Part shown: piece by piece, positions 47,854 to 55,981 of the stretch
Position numbering within the stretch: the first letter of the stretch is position 1
Layout of the letters: every line of letters starts with the position of its first letter
Source of the DNA: a virus
Lineage: Duplodnaviria; Caudoviricetes
Length of the DNA stretch: 63,745 nt
Direction: 5' to 3' (one strand)
IMG/VR virus record: IMGVR_UViG_3300046723_000060
Location: 1-63,745 of that record
Position numbers and translations under genes: made by a program
Notes under the pieces: generated by a model
Database searches by the model: none
Told to the model about the DNA's origin: nothing
Seen by the model: the letters and a program-made list of their open reading frames with translations, nothing else

Positions 47854-48716
47854 AAGAGATCAGAATATCCCCGAGTCAGCTCAAGACGTGGTCAACCTGC
47901 AAGGAATTGCACCGCATCGGCTATCTCTTGAAGAAGGAAGCTATAGAACCTTCGATTCACTATCAGTTTGGCTCAGTCATTCACAAGATGGCGGAAGGTT
48001 ACTGGTCTGGCCTACCGTACATGGAATCGTTCCACAACGCTCTCAAGGTAGCTCAGGAACTGGATATCCGGTTACTCAATGCTAAGGATCAGACTAAGTG
48101 GAGTAGCTTGCAGGATGCGATAGCGCCGATTACTACTATCTATTATGGGTATCACGCAGCTACAGCCGATGCTCATCCTCCAATTATGAATGAACAGACT
48201 ATTGAATGGGAATGGGGAGAATACGCCGGCGTCAAGGTGATCTGCAACGGAATCATCGACAGGCTGTCACACGATGGCAAGTTAATCGACACCAAGACCG
48301 CCTCGGCTGTTGGCTATACTTGGAAAGCTGATCTTAAAAAACGGTTGCTCCGTGAGCCTCAGATGGGTTTCTATCTACGGCATCTGTATCTAAACGAACC
48401 TGTCAAGCTCACTGGTATCGAATACGAAATCATCGTCAAGCCCTACCGCGGCTCTGATCCCCGTATCGAGACTATCGACGTTACCGACGAAGTGATGAGT
48501 TTCCAAGAAACATTCCGACAACAAATGGATTGGGCTATTCGTGAGATTTGCACGTTTTACGCAAACTGTCTTGAAGCACAACCTTGGCCGATGTCATCCA
48601 CAGCCTGTGTTGGAATGTTTGGTGAATGCAGCTACTTGCCAGTTTGTCTAGGGAAAACAACTCTCGACAATGAGAAACTTTATCGGATTAAGTTGGAAAA
48701 GGAGATTGAAGTTTGA
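47850..48716 (+). CDS. PD-(D/E)XK exonuclease, Cas4/AddB-like with a split Cys cluster
   Basis: ISPSQLKTWSTC, FGSVIH..AE, GIIDRL...LIDTKT, Q...Y, C-terminal AC......C.Y..VC. Confidence 0.85.
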   Translation: MKEIRISPSQLKTWSTCKELHRIGYLLKKEAIEPSIHYQFGSVIHKMAEGYWSGLPYMESFHNALKVAQELDIRLLNAKDQTKWSSLQDAIAPITTIYYGYHAATADAHPPIMNEQTIEWEWGEYAGVKVICNGIIDRLSHDGKLIDTKTASAVGYTWKADLKKRLLREPQMGFYLRHLYLNEPVKLTGIEYEIIVKPYRGSDPRIETIDVTDEVMSFQETFRQQMDWAIREICTFYANCLEAQPWPMSSTACVGMFGECSYLPVCLGKTTLDNEKLYRIKLEKEIEV

Positions 48717-48718
48717 TT

Positions 48719-49018
48719 GGTCAGGTCTGGTGTGGCTTGGTATGGTCAGGCCAGGCATGGAGAGGTTGGGTCTGATACGGCGTGGTAAGCAGAGGTTTGG
48801 TGCGGTGAGATAGGGAAAGCAATGGCAAGGCCGGGTCTGGTTAGGCTCGGCTTGGTCAGGCGAGGCGCGGTGCGGTTAGGCATGGCTAGGATTGGTCTGG
48901 TGCGGAACGGTAAGGTCAGGCGAGGACGGGCAAGGTGGTGCAAGCAGAGGTAAGGCGCCGCAGTGTTAGGCGGGACAAGGTGCGGTTCGGCAAGCTCAGG
49001 TAAGGCTAGGCATGGGAT
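48719..49018 (+). ncRNA. GGY-NN pentamer array (60 in-phase units); putative guide-RNA locus of VIPR type
   Basis: Exact 5-nt period over 300 bp with no indel; by hand 50/60 units start GG and 44/60 start GG(C/T); last two bases vary; fills the gap ahead of a RAMP-like gene. Confidence 0.8.
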
Positions 49019-49040
49019 TCTTTAAACGGAGGCAACCGAA

Positions 49041-49649
49041 ATGGCAACAACATTAGTTCCTGAACTGAACGCAGTGAGCAATGACGCAAAGTCGTCAATC
49101 GTCGAGCCCTACGTGGCCGAGGTTGACATCCAAGGTGTAACTGCGTTTCTGTTCCATCGTTGGTCGGTAGACGGAGTGGAAGCCAAGGCCAACGCGGCTA
49201 AGGGTAGTAAAGCTAAGAAGTCTGATGACATTGAGTCATATGTGTATCGACTGGACGATGGAAACTTAGCTATTCCATCAGAGTATCTACGGATGGCGAT
49301 TATCGGCGCTGCCAAGTTTAAGCAGGATCCTCGCTCGCCGCGCAAGAGTGCGATGGATTTGTTCAAGGCAGGACTGACATGCCTTGATGAACTGTGTGAC
49401 CTTGGAACCAAAGATTGGGATTACGTTGACCGCCGCAGAGTTCAAGTACAACGTAACGCGATTACCCGCTCGCGGCCTGCGCTAAAGGTGGGATGGAAGA
49501 TTTCAGTGCGGTTACAAGTACTCTTACCGGAGTACATTAATCCAGACATGTTGAATGATGCAGTACAGTCGGCTGGAAGATTGATTGGGATTGGTGACTT
49601 CCGTCCCACCTTTGGAAGGTATCAAGTCACTGGATTCAGGATTGAATAA
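49041..49649 (+). CDS. Stand-alone RAMP/Cas7-like protein; putative Vipr-type RNA-guided effector
   Basis: First strand VDIQGVTAFLFH; AIPSEYLRMAIIGAA (RAMP IP.S.LKG-like helix); thumb-like DRRRVQVQRNAITRSRP; C-terminal Gly-rich loop AGRLIGIGDFRPTFGRYQV. Confidence 0.75.
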   Translation: MATTLVPELNAVSNDAKSSIVEPYVAEVDIQGVTAFLFHRWSVDGVEAKANAAKGSKAKKSDDIESYVYRLDDGNLAIPSEYLRMAIIGAAKFKQDPRSPRKSAMDLFKAGLTCLDELCDLGTKDWDYVDRRRVQVQRNAITRSRPALKVGWKISVRLQVLLPEYINPDMLNDAVQSAGRLIGIGDFRPTFGRYQVTGFRIE

Positions 49650-49688
49650 ACGAGTTTACGGCCCTCGACCGTATCGAGGTAAAAGGAG

Positions 49689-50435
49689 ATGAACATGAAC
49701 GAGACACAGCTGGATCTGGCACAACAACTGAAGGCTGAGTTTGAGAAGAATGAGCCTAAGCCTGCACCTAATCAGGCCATCCTGGAGTTACAGAAGCAGG
49801 CTACTCAAGTTCAGCAAGAATCCAAGATGAAACAGTGGTCGGGACTCTCCGGTTACAGCTATCAGGAGATTGGCATCGTCAAGATGGCTGAGCTGTATTA
49901 CTCCATGAACTGGGGCTGGACGGTACCGCAATCTATCCTTATGGCTATCCACTGTGCCAAGTTTGATTACAAAGTAGACCCGGCTGAAGGGCATGTCTAT
50001 ATGACACCAGCTGGGAGAATTGGAACCTCACTTGAGGGCTTGAAGATCAAATCTGAACACAAGGGAATGAAGATCGGGCATCCCAAGTTTGATGAAGTTA
50101 CTCGGCCTTGGCCACAAGGTAAGTTTCTGCAAGTAAAAGGTCAAGACAGGATTAAGCGCGAAGCTACTATGGAACAGGACCAAGGAGTGAAATGCACGCT
50201 GGTTATAAACGATGAGCCCATAGAATACACAGCTTGGGCCAGCGAGTGGATGGTTGGTACCAATCCTAACTGGGTAGAGAAGCCTATGCACATGTTGAGA
50301 GTCAGAGCTGAAATGCACTGCATCAAGTTTGCTACTGGGATAGGAGTGAGTGAAGAGTTGGTTGATTCCGTACCTTCTACTGAGCCCGTCAGGCAGGAGC
50401 CTAAAGCTCCCAAGGAAACTCCGTTTGTGAGGTAG
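49689..50435 (+). CDS. RecT/Bet-like single-strand annealing protein
   Basis: VDPAEGHVY, TSLEGL, W.EKPMHMLRVRAE.HCIKFA.G resembles the Redbeta/RecT C-terminal motif. Confidence 0.65.
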   Translation: MNMNETQLDLAQQLKAEFEKNEPKPAPNQAILELQKQATQVQQESKMKQWSGLSGYSYQEIGIVKMAELYYSMNWGWTVPQSILMAIHCAKFDYKVDPAEGHVYMTPAGRIGTSLEGLKIKSEHKGMKIGHPKFDEVTRPWPQGKFLQVKGQDRIKREATMEQDQGVKCTLVINDEPIEYTAWASEWMVGTNPNWVEKPMHMLRVRAEMHCIKFATGIGVSEELVDSVPSTEPVRQEPKAPKETPFVR

Positions 50436-50437
50436 TT

Positions 50438-50644
50438 ATGGACGACTGGAAGGCCAAAGTACTGCTCTGGAAGCTGCAGCAGGAGGCTAACGAGAAGGAA
50501 AAGCAGGCTGACCTGTTTCCTCCTGATGAGAAGAAGAAGTTAGAGAAGGCTGATCGTATAGCCGAACTACAGCGTAACGCCCGTAACAAAGTTCCGCCTA
50601 AGCCGCCGCAAGTTGACGACGATGGCAACGAGATCCCCTTTTAG
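50438..50644 (+). CDS. Small protein with an SSB-like acidic tail
   Basis: Ends in DDDGNEIPF. Confidence 0.55.
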   Translation: MDDWKAKVLLWKLQQEANEKEKQADLFPPDEKKKLEKADRIAELQRNARNKVPPKPPQVDDDGNEIPF

Positions 50645-50679
50645 GGATAACGAACACATATAAATATAAGGAGACTCAA

Positions 50680-51282
50680 ATGTCTGAAGCAGCTGCAACA
50701 CAGAAAGCTAGTAGGTTCGCAGGATTCGAGCAGGAGGAGCGTAAGCGTTGGGACGATGGTTGGTACAGCGGAGTGATTGTTGCCGAGTATGAGACGTCGG
50801 GCAACTTCGCTACCGTACATAAGACTCAGGACGTTCCGTCTACCGCTGGTGACAGCCGGAACTTGAAGCTGTGCGTGATGGTGGTCAACGGTAACGATAC
50901 CAAAAGTCTTAATACGACCATCAACTACCGGCCGGAGGCGTTGGAAGCTGAGCGCATGGAGGACTTGCGTGTGCGTAAGGCCGCTAAGGAACAGTTCAAA
51001 GGAGCGGACTTCCGTGACTCCATGAGCTTGAGTAAGTTCCACGAGCTCGAACGTGCCGGCATCCCTATTGAGGATAACGGCCATGGCGGGTTTGATGTGG
51101 ACAAGATGCTGGGTATTGCTGCGGACTTCTATCTTGGTACCAGGGTGAAGAAGAGTAAAGATAGCAAGGACGATCGTGCGGTAACCGATGCGGAGAAGAA
51201 GTCGGCTACCGATGAGGAGCGTAAGGGTTGGTATCACAAGATCACGCAGATAGCCTACGTTGACAGCAAGGTTAAAAGATAA
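50680..51282 (+). CDS. Hypothetical protein, possible ssDNA-binding protein
   Basis: DGWYSGVIV start; located in the recombination module. Confidence 0.45.
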   Translation: MSEAAATQKASRFAGFEQEERKRWDDGWYSGVIVAEYETSGNFATVHKTQDVPSTAGDSRNLKLCVMVVNGNDTKSLNTTINYRPEALEAERMEDLRVRKAAKEQFKGADFRDSMSLSKFHELERAGIPIEDNGHGGFDVDKMLGIAADFYLGTRVKKSKDSKDDRAVTDAEKKSATDEERKGWYHKITQIAYVDSKVKR

Positions 51283-51290
51283 CAAGTTTA

Positions 51291-51550
51291 AGGTGGTGCC
51301 GCCTGACCCATCTAACCGTACGGCAAGGGTTGAGTTCCCATAAAGGGATGGACGGCACTGCTTATATATAACTCGAGGGACCGTACCCAATTCCAAGCTC
51401 TGTCCCACCCACTGACACCTTGGAGCCATACGGAATGCGGTCCCTGATTATTCTAGCAAGGTTGGACCGGGTCGTGCATTCCGGTGGCATAGAGTGGGTA
51501 GAAGCGCGAAGATTAAAGCTCAACGTAAGCTATTCCGGTTTTGTTTTTTC
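51291..51550 (+). ncRNA. Putative structured non-coding RNA
   Basis: Stem 51291-51301/51353-51363 closes two hairpins; stem AGGGACCGTA/TGCGGTCCCT (51376-51385/51436-51445) with inner TTCCAAG/CTTGGAG; G-U pairs favour the plus strand; U-tract near 51540. Confidence 0.5.
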
Positions 51551-51679
51551 CTAACGCGAAGCGAACGAAGTGAGCGTGGCTTCTTGGGTTTTACAACTAA
51601 CAAGGGTTGAAACAATATCCACAGAGAATACTAACAATTGGGCTTGACATTAGAGTAAACAAGGTATAGAAGGAATATC

Positions 51680-52036
51680 ATGCCACAAGAACTAAACAAC
51701 AAGGATCTCCGTACCGTAGGCATCATCCTAGCCATAGGAATCCTCATCATAATCTTCTGTCTCTTCTGGGCTGCTAGGACTATTAGTGCTGAGGAGAAAG
51801 CCCACGAGTATAAGCTCACTGAAGTACAACAGTTGAAGCTCAAGGTAACTCAGCAGGAAGCTCAGTTGCTGCAAGCTCAACTCCAGAACATCCAGCGACA
51901 GTTCCAGGATAAGGTAAGCCAACTGATGCAGGAAGCTCAGAAGGTGAAGCTCGAGAACTCGTGGCCACCTGAGACAGCATTCAATCCTGATACCTTACAG
52001 TTCTCAGCACCGCCAGCTAAGGAGGAGAAGAAGTGA
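51680..52036 (+). CDS. TM-anchored coiled-coil protein (i-spanin-like)
   Basis: N-terminal TM followed by a Gln-rich coiled coil. Confidence 0.45.
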   Translation: MPQELNNKDLRTVGIILAIGILIIIFCLFWAARTISAEEKAHEYKLTEVQQLKLKVTQQEAQLLQAQLQNIQRQFQDKVSQLMQEAQKVKLENSWPPETAFNPDTLQFSAPPAKEEKK

Positions 52037-52245
52037 ACAAGCCGAAGGTCGTGTTAACAGAGTGGGGCCCAGTCACAGAGTCAGCTCGAGTTCAAGCCGT
52101 AATCAACATGAAACTCGACCCAGCCAAGCGTCAAGCGGTGCTGGAACTCCTGTGCAAGAAGATGGGCTCAGTCTCTAAGGGTGAGATGGAATTTAGGGAA
52201 CGTTATCCCGAACTCTACGAAGAGGACGAACCTAGTGCGAGTTGA
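52033..52245 (+). CDS. Hypothetical protein
   Basis: Overlapping GTGA junction with GGAG RBS. Confidence 0.55.
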   Translation: MNKPKVVLTEWGPVTESARVQAVINMKLDPAKRQAVLELLCKKMGSVSKGEMEFRERYPELYEEDEPSAS

Positions 52246-52561
52246 GAAACTCTGGGGATGGGAAGACATCATCTGCAACGATATCTACTGCATGAAGATG
52301 TTGCACCTCAAGCTCGGGTACCAGTCCTCACTCCACATGCACCCGATAAAGGATGAAACATTCTTGGTGGTTGACGGATGTTGCGATCTCGAAGTTGACG
52401 GCTCTATCAGGCGTATGGTTCCAACCAGTAGCCATCACCTGATGCCAGGAACACCTCACCGATTCTGGGCAGTAAACGGGCCATGCACGATCGTAGAGTG
52501 TAGTACTCCGCACTCGGACGATGATGTAGTGAGATTAGAAGAGTCAAAGGAGATTAAATGA
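52235..52561 (+). CDS. Cupin-fold protein (mannose-6-phosphate isomerase-like)
   Basis: VEKLWGWE, SLHMHPIKDETF.V..G, PGTPHRF, E.STPH.DDD..R. Confidence 0.85.
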   Translation: MRVEKLWGWEDIICNDIYCMKMLHLKLGYQSSLHMHPIKDETFLVVDGCCDLEVDGSIRRMVPTSSHHLMPGTPHRFWAVNGPCTIVECSTPHSDDDVVRLEESKEIK

Positions 52562-52935
52562 AACGACTTATCCCGGCCCTAGTTGTAGCAGCAGTCGTAC
52601 TCTCAGGCTGTAGTCCACTTGAACGTCAAGCCTATAACACGGTAGTCGCAGCCAAGGCTTTCCTCGATAAAGAGAAATCACAGCACCCGGAGTGTGCCAC
52701 AGTTCCCAACAGTACGATCTGCGACGATCTCACCAAGGCTACTGGAGCCAAGGATGCGCTCATCGACGCTATAACCGTCTACTGCTCAGGCCCAGACTTC
52801 AACGCTAGCGGTGCTTGTAACGCTCCCGACCTCCACACCGCTGCCGGCGTCAACGCTGAAGCCAAGTTACGAGCTGCTATAACGAACTACAATCAGATTG
52901 CAACGGATCTTAAAACTGCGACAGGGGGACACTAA
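52558..52935 (+). CDS. Lipoprotein (o-spanin-like)
   Basis: Lipobox MKRLIPALVVAAVVLSGC. Confidence 0.65.
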   Translation: MKRLIPALVVAAVVLSGCSPLERQAYNTVVAAKAFLDKEKSQHPECATVPNSTICDDLTKATGAKDALIDAITVYCSGPDFNASGACNAPDLHTAAGVNAEAKLRAAITNYNQIATDLKTATGGH

Positions 52936-52936
52936 C

Positions 52937-53113
52937 TTGTATTTAACTCTCATCGACCTAGGTATCCAATTCCTCCTACCCTTCATCTCCGGCCTCAAGG
53001 GAGGTAAAGCTCCAGCCGAACTCATCGCCGCAGTACAAGCGGCCATCGACGCTATCATCGCCCACAAGGTCGACATCATTAATAAAAGTAACCTCGATTC
53101 ATTGCGTGGCTGA
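52937..53113 (+). CDS. Small amphipathic protein
   Basis: TTG start after a GGGGG RBS. Confidence 0.5.
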   Translation: MYLTLIDLGIQFLLPFISGLKGGKAPAELIAAVQAAIDAIIAHKVDIINKSNLDSLRG

Positions 53114-53140
53114 GAATTAACTTGCACATGAAATAGATTC

Positions 53141-53683
53141 GTGCAACGCTTCTTGCCATCTGGAGAATCCGCAGTGCCTGATCACGACCACGAGCATGGT
53201 AGACCCGACGAGTGGGCTGAAGTCCACCAACTGAAGCACATCGTCGCGGAGCTAAAGGAAATCAATTCTCACCTGTCGTGTATCTGCAAGGCTCTGCAGC
53301 CCACTCCAGCCACAGACTTCAGGTTGGTTCAACAAGGAGATTCAACGATGGCTATTACCGGAGTACAGGTAGGTTCCAGTGCGGCATTCCAGATTTTCCT
53401 AGTTCCAGCAAACGCAGCGTCTTTGCAAAGCGGTCCTGTGGCAACGAGCGACGATCCGAACGTATCCATTTCACCAAATACCAACGATCCCACAAATCCG
53501 TTTATGATTGTTTGCACGGTTGCTACGGGAGATACCAATGCATCCTTTAACCTGAAGGTTGACGGTGTAAACAGCGTAGGCGCTCCGATCACCCATACCT
53601 TTGTCATTCCAATCCTGCAGGCGCCGCCTCCGGCCGCTGTAGACTTCGACCTCGATCAGTTGGCCGTATCACCACTGAAGTAA
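53141..53683 (+). CDS. Ig-like beta-sandwich protein, paralog of 53686-53949
   Basis: Shares G...GSSA.F...LVP....LQSGP....DD..V.I and ASFNL. Confidence 0.55.
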   Translation: MQRFLPSGESAVPDHDHEHGRPDEWAEVHQLKHIVAELKEINSHLSCICKALQPTPATDFRLVQQGDSTMAITGVQVGSSAAFQIFLVPANAASLQSGPVATSDDPNVSISPNTNDPTNPFMIVCTVATGDTNASFNLKVDGVNSVGAPITHTFVIPILQAPPPAAVDFDLDQLAVSPLK

Positions 53684-53685
53684 CG

Positions 53686-53949
53686 ATGGCCAAAGTAATC
53701 GGAATCCGGCCGGGATCAAGCGCTATCTTCATAGCCAGCTTGGTTCCGTCCGCTTCCGCGTTACAATCTGGACCATCGTATTCTACCGACGATTCCAAGG
53801 TCACCATTACGCTTAGCAACGATCCCTACGTGGTATTTGTAGGAGTAGCAAGAGACAACTCTGCCGCTTCCTTTAACCTGACTCTTAGCGGTCAAACATC
53901 TAGTGGACGAATCAGCAGCGTCTTTGCCATACCGATCTTATCCAGTTAG
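53686..53949 (+). CDS. Ig-like beta-sandwich protein, tandem paralog
   Basis: Aligns with the C-terminal domain of the preceding gene. Confidence 0.55.
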   Translation: MAKVIGIRPGSSAIFIASLVPSASALQSGPSYSTDDSKVTITLSNDPYVVFVGVARDNSAASFNLTLSGQTSSGRISSVFAIPILSS

Positions 53950-53963
53950 GGAGGCCCAGCAGA

Positions 53964-53990
53964 GGAGGGGCTATCCTCAGCCCCTTCTTT
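53964..53990 (+). terminator. Possible intrinsic terminator or hairpin
   Basis: GGAGGGGCT-ATCCTC-AGCCCCTTC followed by a short T run. Confidence 0.45.
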
Positions 53991-53994
53991 CACC

Positions 53995-54426
53995 ATGTTA
54001 CTAGTGCTCCAGCGCAAGGTTATGACTCCGGCATCGACCATTGGTGAGATAACCATCGATGGCAACCACGAATGTTACAGCCTCGAGCTTCCAGTAAAAG
54101 ACGGTTTACCGGGCAGCGCTATCCCTCCCGGCATCTTCCCCGTAACACTCTCTCCCTCGCCTAAGTTCCAGTTAAGCAACGATCCATGGGTAATGAAGTA
54201 TGCTGACTTCATCCCGCATATCAATAACATCCCTAACCGCTCGACCATACTAATTCATCATGGGAATGGACCGCATGACACCGATGGTTGTATATTAGTA
54301 GGCCAAACGATAGGAGAGGATTTTATAGGAGCTAGCCGCGCCGCTTTCTCTGCCTTGCACGCTAAGCTCACACAGGCTATCGGCCTTGGGCAAACAATAG
54401 AACTAGATGTGCGACTGACGCTGTAA
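53995..54426 (+). CDS. DUF5675-family (L,D-peptidase-like) putative endolysin
   Basis: STIGE..IDG...CYSLE, AIP.G.F, VP/IP.RS.ILIH.GN...DTDGCILVG. Confidence 0.75.
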   Translation: MLLVLQRKVMTPASTIGEITIDGNHECYSLELPVKDGLPGSAIPPGIFPVTLSPSPKFQLSNDPWVMKYADFIPHINNIPNRSTILIHHGNGPHDTDGCILVGQTIGEDFIGASRAAFSALHAKLTQAIGLGQTIELDVRLTL

Positions 54427-55116
54427 CCTGCCGACCCATCTAGTCTTGAGCGCTATCCACCCAAACGCTCCTATCACCATCACTGGCAGCAGGGAATCAT
54501 TCAGTTCCGCCCACTTGCCATATGGTTGCAGCACATAGCCAAAGTCGAATAGTCCCAGCAGCATCCACAGTACCGCCAGCGTGCCATAGACTGTTCTACT
54601 CTTTATGAACGGTGCTGCCGGAGCCAGCGTCATTCCAGCGGACGTTATCAACACTCCATCCATAATCAATATCCACTGGTCTACACTCACCGTGCCATAG
54701 TCTTTCAAGGCTATCCACATCAGCGCCGCGGCATAAGGAAGCATCATTACCGACATCCACTTAGACGTCCTGACAACGATGGCACATGCTAGTAACCTAA
54801 TGGGAATGAGAGCGCAGCAGTATAGGATACGATAGAGGTCCGAGTCATACGGTACGGAAACGTGCCGGCATACCTCTAACAGTACCGTTCCAAACAGTTC
54901 TGCCGCGAAGTATAGCCTGATGAGCCTAGTCGGTAGAGGGCTTGTCGCCGCCAGGCTTACCGCCAGCACCAGTAGCAGTGACGTGAAATACGGACTCCAC
55001 TCCGATAATGCCTGCCAAATACTCAATATCCTCACCCTCCTCGACTTCAAGGACTGCCGTAAAGCCGCTAACAGATAGTACAGTTGCCTTGAACACTTTT
55101 CCGGGCTTGTGTCCAC
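54403..55116 (-). CDS. Multi-pass membrane protein
   Basis: About six hydrophobic segments; true start uncertain. Confidence 0.55.
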   Translation of the reverse strand: MDTSPEKCSRQLYYLLAALRQSLKSRRVRILSIWQALSEWSPYFTSLLLVLAVSLAATSPLPTRLIRLYFAAELFGTVLLEVCRHVSVPYDSDLYRILYCCALIPIRLLACAIVVRTSKWMSVMMLPYAAALMWIALKDYGTVSVDQWILIMDGVLITSAGMTLAPAAPFIKSRTVYGTLAVLWMLLGLFDFGYVLQPYGKWAELNDSLLPVMVIGAFGWIALKTRWVGRLQRQSHI

Positions 55117-55125
55117 CTGACATGT

Positions 55126-55981
55126 CTAATACCTCCTAAACGATATCCCATTCTTTGCTTCCAGATACGTCGCAATGTTCTCCGTCATCAGCCTATGCTC
55201 GATAGCATCCTCTTTCAACCTGCTGATAGCATCATTCTGAAGGTTGATCTCGGCAATTTTAGCCTCATCCCGGCCGCGTTGACGCGCAGCCAGAACCATA
55301 TACGCAATGAACTGGACGATCATGCTGCCAATCCATAAGATGAGGGCTAGGTAACTGGCATTCATGGTTTAGACTGGCTGATATTGAGTTAGAACCATCC
55401 ACCAAACGCATAGTTCGAGAATATCACCACGCAGATTAGTACCGCGACCCAGAAGCATACGCTGGCCCATGGCTCACCTACGCCAAGCGCTGGCAGTACG
55501 AGTTTCATAATCTTGAACAGGATGGCTACCACCACAACGGTGACTAGGAATCCAATGAAGGCCCATATAACTCCTTCGTGTCCGAAGAAGCCTATACGGT
55601 GCTGCAATGCAAGTAAGGTATACATATTCACTCTCCTTTAGGTGGGATGGGAACTTGGGCCTGAGCTTCGGCAATGGCGCCACCGGCTTTAGCGGTAGCA
55701 TCAGCGGCAACTTGCAAGGTCTGTTGCAACTTATCCGGTGCTCCATGAAGCTGCAGGAACTCGAACATGCGATAGCCGCCCTGGAACAGGAACATGACGC
55801 CCATGAGCTTCAGTGTATTGCCAACACTGTTGCTGAGATTGAACTTATCCGGCGCAATGCCAATCGAGGTGAGACCACTAACCATAGCCGCCGAACCACC
55901 GCTGATAAACGACCTGAAGATGCCTAATAGCCAAGTTGACCAATCGTAAGTCCTGGCATTCACAACTGCAGTAAGAGTCAT
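55126..55981 (-). other. Three small membrane proteins (55126-55365, 55389-55631, 55628-55981); holin candidates
   Basis: One or two TM segments each; adjacent to the putative endolysin. Confidence 0.5.

Noticed and set aside
48746-48943. 65-aa minus-strand ORF (MHHLARPRLTLP...) over the pentamer array
   Set aside because: Its Pro/Arg/Leu pattern is a by-product of the antisense 5-nt repeat, and it opposes the operon direction
48719-49018. Array as a CRISPR array or simple microsatellite
   Set aside because: There are no 25-40-bp repeats with spacers, and the units are too heterogeneous and indel-free for slippage. A G-quadruplex role cannot be excluded but would not need strict phase or the Y bias
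50641-51429. 262-aa minus-strand ORF, and similarly 13207-13899 and 25960-26517 on the plus strand
   Set aside because: Antisense to better-supported genes that have RBSs and operon packing
51291-51550. tRNA gene
   Set aside because: No cloverleaf, T-loop GTTC motif or CCA arrangement found
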